From: Candidatus Poribacteria bacterium
Lineage (GTDB): Bacteria > Poribacteria > WGA-4E > PCPOR2b
Length of the DNA: 64,000 nucleotides
Assembly: GCA_965116925.1 (NCBI GenBank)
Contig: OZ220744.1
Span: 6,176,001-6,240,000 of the forward strand
Direction of reading: 5' to 3'
Below are positions 56,695 to 64,000 of this stretch, one piece after another. Each line of letters begins with the position of its first letter. Positions within the stretch are counted from its first letter, which is position 1. The translations under genes were made by a program, and so were the position numbers. The notes under the pieces were generated by a model, which saw nothing but the letters and a program-made list of their open reading frames with translations, ran no database searches and was not told where the DNA came from.

Positions 56695-57669
56695 TTAAGC
56701 GAGGTCCATTGCGGTGCGGCTGACAACGTTCCGAGTCAATGGGACCTTATAGCCGTTGTCAGTCATCGGTTCTGCGTTCGCCACCGCTGCCTCGCCAGCC
56801 TGCTTTGCCACCGCGTCTGTGATGCGTTTGCCATTCAATGCCGCTTCGGCTTCCTTGGAACGCCAAGGGATAGGAGCGACGCCACCGAGGACAACATTCG
56901 CTTTGCTGCAGATTCCGCCATTCATCTCGAAGAAAGCGGCAACGCTCACCAACGCAAAATCGAAAGAGCCGCGTTCACGGACTTTGAGGTAAGTGCTCTT
57001 TGTGCCTGCCTTCGGTTGAGGGACGTGCACCTCTGTGACGACCTCGTTCGGTTCAAGGACGTTTTCACGTTGCGGGTTGACATCGGGCAGGACGAAGAAA
57101 TCCTCTAGCGGCATTGTTCTCTCTCCGTTGGGTCCCACAATTTTTACTGTTGCGCCGAGGGCGATGAGTGCCGGTGCCGTATCAGAGGGGTGGACAATGT
57201 AGACGGGACCCCCACCAAAGATTGCGTGGTACTTGTTCAATCCATCGACCGCGTAGCAGGTATCACCGCCCTTTTTGAGGCAGATAATGTCGGGATGGCG
57301 ATAGTACCAGCAGCGGGGACGCTGACACAGGTTTCCGCCAAGCGTACCAACATTCCGAATCTGTGGCGATGCGACAGATTCAGCAGCCTCTGCCAGAACG
57401 GTGTAATGGTGCTGAATAGTTGGGTGTGCAGCGATGTCGGTGAGTGTTACGAGCGCACCGATGGTCAAGCCAGACCCATCCGCCTTGATCTCATCCAGAC
57501 CGGGGATAGATTTGAGGTTGACCACCTTCTTAGGCGTTTCGATGTATTCCTTCAGTTCGCCGAGGAGATCCGTTCCTCCCGCGATCATTTTTGTCTCGCT
57601 CCAGTCGTCGCTCAATAACGAAGAGGCTTGCTCGACATCTGCTGCGTTGACGTAGGCAAAATTTTCCAT
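56695..57669 (-). CDS. Xanthine-dehydrogenase family FAD subunit (PaoB/YagS-like, with Cys insert)
   Basis: AGGTDL, ASPQIRN.GTLGGN, CQRPRCWYYR...C...GG..C, HPSD. Confidence 0.92.
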   Translation of the reverse strand: MENFAYVNAADVEQASSLLSDDWSETKMIAGGTDLLGELKEYIETPKKVVNLKSIPGLDEIKADGSGLTIGALVTLTDIAAHPTIQHHYTVLAEAAESVASPQIRNVGTLGGNLCQRPRCWYYRHPDIICLKKGGDTCYAVDGLNKYHAIFGGGPVYIVHPSDTAPALIALGATVKIVGPNGERTMPLEDFFVLPDVNPQRENVLEPNEVVTEVHVPQPKAGTKSTYLKVRERGSFDFALVSVAAFFEMNGGICSKANVVLGGVAPIPWRSKEAEAALNGKRITDAVAKQAGEAAVANAEPMTDNGYKVPLTRNVVSRTAMDLA

Positions 57670-57692
57670 CTTTTCATCTCCTTCCTTTTCCA

Positions 57693-59813
57693 CTAACCGA
57701 GAGCGTTGAGGACTCTGTCCGGTGTAATCGGGATTTCCCGGATGCGGACACCGATTGCGTTGTAGACAGCGTTTGCAATTGCGCCTGCTGTCGGGATTGT
57801 CGGCGGTTCACCGATTCCCGTTATTTTCCGGTCGGTATCGTATGCGATGGATACAATCTCAGGGATCTCCATCGTGCCGGGGATTTTGTAATCCTCAAGG
57901 TTCGGGTTAATCATCACGCCGGTCTGGTCGTCCATGATGCGCTCCTCAAGCAACGCATAGCCCAATCCCATGATGACCGCGCCATTGATCTGGCTCTCAG
58001 TCGTCAGACGGTTGACTACCAAACCACAGTCTTGGATGGCGACAATTTTGATGACATTGACAATGCCAGTTTCCGTGTCAACTTCGACCTCGGCAAACTG
58101 GACGCCGGCGGTATCACCGACGCGGAGGTTTTCGTCCCATTCGCCACCTTCGGAGATGGTCTCCATGCCGAGATACCCCGTCGCCTCTTTCCACGGGAGG
58201 TGCATCCTTAGATCTGATTCGGTGTAAATCCTGCCACCGGCGGCGCGTAAATCTCCCGGCACTGCTTCTACCAGCGGTGCAATATGCTCAAAGAGCTTAC
58301 GCTTGGCTGCCATCGCTGCGGTCTTTATCACCGGTGCGACAGAGCCGATTGTCTGGCTACCCCCACTTCCGCGAGAAGGTAGTCCCGGTTCTGTATCGCC
58401 AATTTTGACCGTGATGTCTTCGGGACGCAGCCCAAGTTCTTCCGCAACGATAATGGCGATAACCGTCCGGATAGCTGTGCCGATATCTTGCGTGCCGGTG
58501 ACCGCTTCGACAGCACCGCTTGCGTGGATGGTCACACGGGCTTCTGTTCCTGCACTACCGCCGCCACCCCACAATCCGCAGCCCATACCAATACCGCGTT
58601 TCTTGACACCTGTACTGGATCCGGGGATTCTGTTGCGTCGGTGCCAGCCGATCTCCTGCGCGCCGAGCGTATACTCGCCTTGACGGATTCTGTTTCGTCT
58701 TGCGTCGCTATCGCTGTTTATCCTGCGGAACTCTAACGGATCCATATTCAGCTGTTCAGCGAGTTCGTCCATCAACGAATCCATGGCGAAGGCACCCTGT
58801 GGATGACCCGGTGCGCGCATGGCACGGGCACTGCCCGCGTTGATCGCGACAGCAGATTTTTCAGTCCGGTAATTCGGCACATGATAGACGTAGGGACCGG
58901 TGAAACCTGCCCCACTACCGATGCCGCCTGTGCCGTAGCCACTCATATCGTAAGCGATGAAGCGACCATCTTGTGTTGCACCGGCACGGACCTGCTGTGT
59001 CATTGACGGACGGTTGCCGGCAACGAGGTGCTCATCCTTACGCGTCAACATCAGCTTAACAGGTGCGCCCGCCTTTCGTGCTAGCTTCGCAGCGGTGATC
59101 CCTTCCACTCCGGGACCGAACTTACTGCCAAAGCCACCGCCCATGTGTTCGGTGATGACACGTACCTGATTTTCGGGCAGCTCAAAATGCCGTGCGAGGT
59201 TTTGGCGTGTACCAAAGACCGCCTGCGTCGAAGCCCAAACGGTCAGGTTATCCCCTTCCCATTCGGCAACATGCCCATGTGTCTCCAGACAGACATGGGT
59301 TTGAACCGCCGCGTGGTAGGTTGTCTCAACCTCGACTGCGGCTTCAGCGAAACCCGCCTCAAGATCACCACGTTCGTCGACTCGTGGTTCACTTTGGTTG
59401 CCCATCCAGTCATCACGAATTTGGGGGGCACCTTCCGCTTTCGCCCCCTCAACATCGACGACATAGTCCAATTCATCATAGTCATATTGAATCAATCGAG
59501 CCGCATCTTCCGCGATGTCAGGAGTGATAGCGGCGACCGCAGCAATCTCTTGCCCTTCAAAGCGCACCTTTTTCCCCGGTTCAATCAGCGGGAGGACAGC
59601 TTTGACACCGGGCAATGCCTCCGCTGCGCTGAGGTCAATGTCAGTGATGGTCGCATGTGCAACCGGTGATCGCAGAATATGACCGTAAAGCATTCCGGGA
59701 CGATTGATATCAAATGTATACTTTGCCTTTCCAGTAACTTTATCAGCACCTGACAAACGCGCGATCCGTTTCCCAATCAAGCGCGAATCCCTTGCTTTTC
59801 CCCATGATGCCAT
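57693..59813 (-). CDS. Xanthine-dehydrogenase family molybdopterin subunit (PaoC/YagR-like)
   Basis: KVTG.AKY, GGGFGSK, MRAPG, QDIGT, GIGEP, ANAVYNA.GVR. Confidence 0.93.
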   Translation of the reverse strand: MASWGKARDSRLIGKRIARLSGADKVTGKAKYTFDINRPGMLYGHILRSPVAHATITDIDLSAAEALPGVKAVLPLIEPGKKVRFEGQEIAAVAAITPDIAEDAARLIQYDYDELDYVVDVEGAKAEGAPQIRDDWMGNQSEPRVDERGDLEAGFAEAAVEVETTYHAAVQTHVCLETHGHVAEWEGDNLTVWASTQAVFGTRQNLARHFELPENQVRVITEHMGGGFGSKFGPGVEGITAAKLARKAGAPVKLMLTRKDEHLVAGNRPSMTQQVRAGATQDGRFIAYDMSGYGTGGIGSGAGFTGPYVYHVPNYRTEKSAVAINAGSARAMRAPGHPQGAFAMDSLMDELAEQLNMDPLEFRRINSDSDARRNRIRQGEYTLGAQEIGWHRRNRIPGSSTGVKKRGIGMGCGLWGGGGSAGTEARVTIHASGAVEAVTGTQDIGTAIRTVIAIIVAEELGLRPEDITVKIGDTEPGLPSRGSGGSQTIGSVAPVIKTAAMAAKRKLFEHIAPLVEAVPGDLRAAGGRIYTESDLRMHLPWKEATGYLGMETISEGGEWDENLRVGDTAGVQFAEVEVDTETGIVNVIKIVAIQDCGLVVNRLTTESQINGAVIMGLGYALLEERIMDDQTGVMINPNLEDYKIPGTMEIPEIVSIAYDTDRKITGIGEPPTIPTAGAIANAVYNAIGVRIREIPITPDRVLNALG

Positions 59814-59816
59814 TTT

Positions 59817-60461
59817 CTAGCCTCCCATCTTACTCGAAGCCGTTTTGACCGCCTCAAAGATAAAGGGATAAGTCCCACAGCGGCAGATGTTACCCGCCAA
59901 CCCTTCCTTAATCTCTTCATGGCTTGGGCTCGGATTCTGATCTAAAAACGATTTCGCAGCTACGACAAAACCGGGTGTGCAGAAACCGCACATCAAGGCG
60001 TCGTGCTGGACAAATGCCTCTTGGACTGGATGTAATTGGTCGCCGTTGGCAAGTCCTTCGACGGTGGTGATCTGCTTCCCTTGTGCGTCAAGAGCTAGCA
60101 TCATACAAGCGTAAACTGCCTTTCCGTCAACCTGCACTGTGCAGCCACCGCACTCGCCACGTTCGCAGATGGACTTTGCACCGGTCAAATCCACGCGGTT
60201 TCCACTGGTATCGAAACTGTCTCGCAAAACGCTCAACAATGTCGTGCGTGGTTCTACCTCAACTTCATAGGTCTTGGCGTTGATATTGAGTTTGATTTTA
60301 GCGCGGGTAATCTCTTCACCCATCTGAGCTTCCGCCGCTGTCTCCGCACTGATGAGAACAGTCGGTGCAACGCTTGCGGCGACCGCGCCCGTGCCCACGC
60401 CTTTCAGGAAACTCCGCCGCGATATGGTCGTTTCCTGAGTTTGCTCTTTCTCTTTTGACAT
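59817..60461 (-). CDS. 2Fe-2S subunit with Tat signal (PaoA/YagT-like)
   Basis: SRRSFLK; C..GECG.CT, CGFCTPG, GNICRC. Confidence 0.93.
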   Translation of the reverse strand: MSKEKEQTQETTISRRSFLKGVGTGAVAASVAPTVLISAETAAEAQMGEEITRAKIKLNINAKTYEVEVEPRTTLLSVLRDSFDTSGNRVDLTGAKSICERGECGGCTVQVDGKAVYACMMLALDAQGKQITTVEGLANGDQLHPVQEAFVQHDALMCGFCTPGFVVAAKSFLDQNPSPSHEEIKEGLAGNICRCGTYPFIFEAVKTASSKMGG

Positions 60462-60717
60462 GTCGTCCTCCTATCTTAAGCGATCAAGAGTCAAAAAAGT
60501 TTCGAGGGCACCCACAAGGGGTGCCCCTATAAAAATAGATTAATGAGGCACTCCAGAATTTTTCCGTTGTAACCACTCAATGATGTTGAAAATCCTGAAC
60601 ACAATCTATCATATTTCGGGGGTTCCGTCAAGCGAAAATACTATTTCAGGCTTTGCCCCCAATGCTGCGATTGATAATGTTCAGTTGTGTGCTTTTTGTT
60701 GAGGGTTTTCTTTTCAC

Positions 60718-60746
60718 TTGACGCCAAAACTTGGGTATGATAAACT
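60718..60746 (+). promoter_or_regulatory. sigma70-like promoter, divergent from the molybdoenzyme operon
   Basis: TTGACG-17 bp-TAAACT with extended TG; a mirror TTGACG-17-TAGATT lies on the minus strand at 60603-60631. Confidence 0.5.
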
Positions 60747-60831
60747 GCCTTGAAACTTGCACATACATGGGAGAAGGGCACCCACAAGGGGTGCCCCTAC
60801 TTTCGTTAGATCTTTAGAAGGGAGTCCAGAG

Positions 60832-61488
60832 ATGAAGACCAAGATTTTCATATTAATGGCAATCGCGCTGTTATTGACCGTTGCCGGTGCGTTAGCTACA
60901 CAGCCTGAAACTGTACAGGGTGAGTATTTGGAAGCCCGATCCGTCAGTGTCTATGTCGGGGCATGTCACTACGGTGCTGAATATGTCGAAGGGGGCAGGG
61001 AGGCGACCCTCGTTTGGAATATTCGCCAAGGGACCTGGAAGGGTGTTTCGTTAGACGGGTTGACCGTTGTTGCAGTGGTGACAGCGCAGAACAACCTTGC
61101 GATTGATACCAACACACGCCGCAGCGTCCTGTATATCGACGAGAATGCGACATCGGAACAACAGTCTGCCTTAACCGATCTGATAACTGCGAAACGCAGT
61201 GCAGTTCTCGGCGAAGTTGTTAGCACAGAGAGCACGCCAATTGCCTTCGCTAAGGAAGGTGTGAAATACGATCTGCGGGTTGGGGAAGTGCTAACGTTAT
61301 CGGTTTCGCGCTATCCTTGCCAAAACTGCACACAGCCTCACCAGATTTGGTACAAGCCGCTGGAGCAGCTTGATGCCCCTATCGTCGGTAAATCGACCAC
61401 CTATTGCTATCAAGACAAAATTCTCTCCGTCACTTGGAATTGTGGCGAAGACACCAACAACGTTTTCGTTGGAGATTTTGCAATGTAG
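60832..61488 (+). CDS. Secreted DUF1326-like protein
   Basis: Signal peptide; G.YLEAR...VY.GACH, W.I..G...GV.LDGL.V, LYID..A...Q..AL. Confidence 0.7.
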   Translation: MKTKIFILMAIALLLTVAGALATQPETVQGEYLEARSVSVYVGACHYGAEYVEGGREATLVWNIRQGTWKGVSLDGLTVVAVVTAQNNLAIDTNTRRSVLYIDENATSEQQSALTDLITAKRSAVLGEVVSTESTPIAFAKEGVKYDLRVGEVLTLSVSRYPCQNCTQPHQIWYKPLEQLDAPIVGKSTTYCYQDKILSVTWNCGEDTNNVFVGDFAM

Positions 61489-61619
61489 ATTATCTGGGTG
61501 GAGGGTTGTGTCTTCCCACCTTCCACCCTTCCTTCCCGCCCAACCAACTCCTATCCCCGATATGCACTATTTCTTTATCCTTATATAACCGTTGCTTTAA
61601 CAGATCAGAGGAAATATCA

Positions 61620-62300
61620 ATGCTAGACAATAACGTGTTTTTAGGCGAACTTACACGGAAAGAACTTGGGGAAGCCATCTCCAGCGGCACTATAAAAGGG
61701 GCGATTGTCCCAACGGGTGCCACCGAACAGCATCAGGACCATCTGGCGATGATTCACGATACCGTCAGCGTCACGGAAATCGCCAAACGGGCTGCGACGA
61801 ACTTTTATCCCCATGTGCTAGTCACACCCACCGTTCCTATGTCGGTGTCGGAACACCACATGGCTCGGGGCGGTGCGTTGACGATACGGCCGGAGATCCA
61901 TCTTGAGTATGTCCACGATGTGTGTCGCAGCCTGAAGCGGCTGGGTGTTCCAAAAGTCATGGTGCTCAACGGTCATGGCGGCAACAAGCGCGAGAATCTT
62001 GAACCTGTTGCTCCCGATGTCATGAAACGGATTGATGATCTGGGTGTCACGTATGTGACCTATTGGGAAACTGCCCCACAGTCCTTTTATGAGGCGAATC
62101 TGGAGTTAGAGCGAAGCGCGGGTCACGCCGGGGAGTTTGAGACCTCATTTGCGATGGTCGTTTTTCCTGAGCGCATCCGCACAGGCGAGGTCAATTACGA
62201 CAACGCAAAATTGGCAACCATCCCCAAGGGTGGCGAGATTCTCAACGCCGTTGTCGCAGGCGTTACTGAACGGGTTCAACAGATGCTTGATGGAGCGTAG
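61620..62300 (+). CDS. Creatininase family amidohydrolase
   Basis: P.GATEQH..HL...D, SEHH, NGHGGN, HAGEFETS. Confidence 0.9.
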   Translation: MLDNNVFLGELTRKELGEAISSGTIKGAIVPTGATEQHQDHLAMIHDTVSVTEIAKRAATNFYPHVLVTPTVPMSVSEHHMARGGALTIRPEIHLEYVHDVCRSLKRLGVPKVMVLNGHGGNKRENLEPVAPDVMKRIDDLGVTYVTYWETAPQSFYEANLELERSAGHAGEFETSFAMVVFPERIRTGEVNYDNAKLATIPKGGEILNAVVAGVTERVQQMLDGA

Positions 62301-62354
62301 GATACGATCAAATCGTAGGGAACGCAGATCTGCGTTCCGCACAAGGAGGTTATA

Positions 62355-63236
62355 GTGGCTACATATAGTTTAGCTTTGGGGCTTTTCTTTCTGGATGCAG
62401 AGGACAAGGCAAGGCATAATCTCGTCGCGGCACTTGAGTCAATCGCTGCCGCAGGTTTCAGCGAGACTGAGTTGATGGCAGAAGGCGACGAGTGGCAGGA
62501 ACCGGGGGCACACGACGCGGGACCGTGTCGTGAGGCACTGGAGCGATTTAAGATTTTTCCGCACACGATACACACACCCATGTCGGGCGTGAACTTGGCA
62601 AGTTCAATCGAGGAGATTCGGCGTGATAGTGTCACGCGTATTGGGGATGCGATGCGATATCTCGGAGAGCTTGGTGGACGGACTGCAATCGTCCACCCAA
62701 CGGGTGCTACCACCTCTGAAGAACCACCTTATGCGCTAGAAAACGTCGGTGCAGCAGCGGAGCGTATCCACCGTTCTGTCAGTGAACTGGTTGCGGTTGC
62801 AGAGGCAACTGGGGTTCGTATTGCGTTAGAGAATCTCCCGAATACAAGCATACCGTGCCGTCCGCTGAAGTCTATGGAGGAGTTACGCGCATTCATCGCT
62901 GGCTTTCCGCCTGAACATGTCGGACTCTGTCTAGACACAGGTCACGCTTGTATCAGTGGGCTTGATGCGGCGGAGCAGGCGCGGGTCGCATCGGAAAGGC
63001 TTTGCGCGCTGCATATACAGGATGTGGATGGCAAAGACGACTGCCACTGGGTTCCGGGACACGGCATCATTGACTGGTCAGCCCTAGGAACGGCACTTGC
63101 AGATATCAGCTTCGATGGTGCATGGACGATAGAGGCACTAGCAGGACGCACGGACGCAACCGCAGAACAGGTGGCTGCCGAATGCACGGCGTTGTCCAAA
63201 GATTGGGAAGCAGGGGGGATGTCGAATCCAGGGTAG
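62355..63236 (+). CDS. Sugar phosphate isomerase/epimerase (TIM barrel)
   Basis: H.P, ALEN, LDTGH, HIQD, H..PG.G.IDW, IE. Confidence 0.88.
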   Translation: MATYSLALGLFFLDAEDKARHNLVAALESIAAAGFSETELMAEGDEWQEPGAHDAGPCREALERFKIFPHTIHTPMSGVNLASSIEEIRRDSVTRIGDAMRYLGELGGRTAIVHPTGATTSEEPPYALENVGAAAERIHRSVSELVAVAEATGVRIALENLPNTSIPCRPLKSMEELRAFIAGFPPEHVGLCLDTGHACISGLDAAEQARVASERLCALHIQDVDGKDDCHWVPGHGIIDWSALGTALADISFDGAWTIEALAGRTDATAEQVAAECTALSKDWEAGGMSNPG

Positions 63237-63397
63237 GGGTAACTTCTGTTGTAAGGTAACATTTATGTTAAATTCATCCACGAATCTACGCGAATTAGGG
63301 CGAATTTATTGGCGTGATTCGTGGATGGGTTTTTGCTCATCCCGCCTGTGGAAAAGATTCATTCCTTTTTATCAGGAACCAAAGACGATAGTAGGCT

Positions 63398-63826
63398 ATG
63401 AGAGCTTATATCTCTATTAAATATCGTGAAGACAATAGTAATAGAAATTGTATTGAGAAAATTGCATCGGCACTTGAGCAAAACGGCTTTGAAACAGTAT
63501 GTATCACTCGGGATATTGAGAAATGGGGACAGATTGAATTAAGTCCCGAAGAATTGATGCAAAGGACATTTTCGGAAATTGATTTAAGTCATCTAATCGT
63601 GATTGATTTAACAGAAAAAGGGGTGGGATTGGGTATCGAAGCGGGTTACGCATACGCTAAGGGAATCCCTATTGCAGTAATCGCGAAGAAGGGCTCCGAT
63701 ATTTCCGCAACATTACAGGGCATTTCGCAGCAACTGTTTTTGTATGATGAAGTCGATGATCTTACACACTTTTTCAAAGATACAATCTTGTTCGGCAATC
63801 AAATGAAGGATTCGGACCTACATTGA
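63398..63826 (+). CDS. Nucleoside 2-deoxyribosyltransferase-like protein
   Basis: AYIS, I..S......L.....G.G.EAGYA.A.G.P. Confidence 0.8.
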   Translation: MRAYISIKYREDNSNRNCIEKIASALEQNGFETVCITRDIEKWGQIELSPEELMQRTFSEIDLSHLIVIDLTEKGVGLGIEAGYAYAKGIPIAVIAKKGSDISATLQGISQQLFLYDEVDDLTHFFKDTILFGNQMKDSDLH

Positions 63827-63889
63827 GGTTGTCGAAGGACTGACAGAGGCGTTCAAAAACGCAATTTTACCCGATACTGTGGAGCATAT

Positions 63890-64000
63890 ATGATTACGAT
63901 CACGGCGACGACACCGCTCACCGGACCGCCAGCATGGGCGGTGTTAGAGCGGCAGCTGTTTGATCTCATGAGCCAATCGGTGTATCCATTCTTGGAAAAA
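63890..64000 (+). CDS. Hypothetical protein, 3'-truncated by window edge
   Basis: RBS GGAG, ATG 63890, open to the end (MITITATTPLTGPPAWAVLERQL...). Confidence 0.6.
   Translation, partial: MITITATTPLTGPPAWAVLERQLFDLMSQSVYPFLEK

Noticed and set aside
857..63262. Numerous antisense or alternate-frame ORFs in the track (e.g. 927-1442, 6405-7013, 20261-21028, 59145-59669)
   Set aside because: They overlap well-supported genes and lack motifs or ribosome-binding sites; treated as shadow ORFs

Overview
Bacterial chromosomal window. Gene content suggests Candidatus Poribacteria or a similar lineage (inference: five PhyH-family dioxygenases, DUF6785/6784-like membrane proteins, DUF1800/DUF1501 pair). 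Main blocks: (1) the end of a putative defence locus (DUF1156-type adenine methylase and DUF499-type ATPase) split by a REP-associated tyrosine transposase (RAYT); the RAYT is flanked by REP doublets, and the upstream array alternates REP doublets with variant copies of the methylase's own last ~21 codons; (2) a solo, apparently intact tnpB whose right end abuts a sugar-isomerase gene and seems to supply its start; (3) a complete Pup-proteasome operon (arc-dop-pup-prcB-prcA-pafA); (4) sodC, two CX4CH cytochrome-c-like lipoproteins and ppdK; (5) several toxin-antitoxin modules whose toxins are broken by IS982 or MITEs; (6) many catabolic genes, an ATPase + PIN-like pair and a Tat-exported molybdo-flavoenzyme operon. 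Intergenic regions hold at least four MITE families whose conserved ends carry different GTAG-type REP hairpins, sometimes nested three deep. All family assignments come from motif recognition by eye; no database searches were run.
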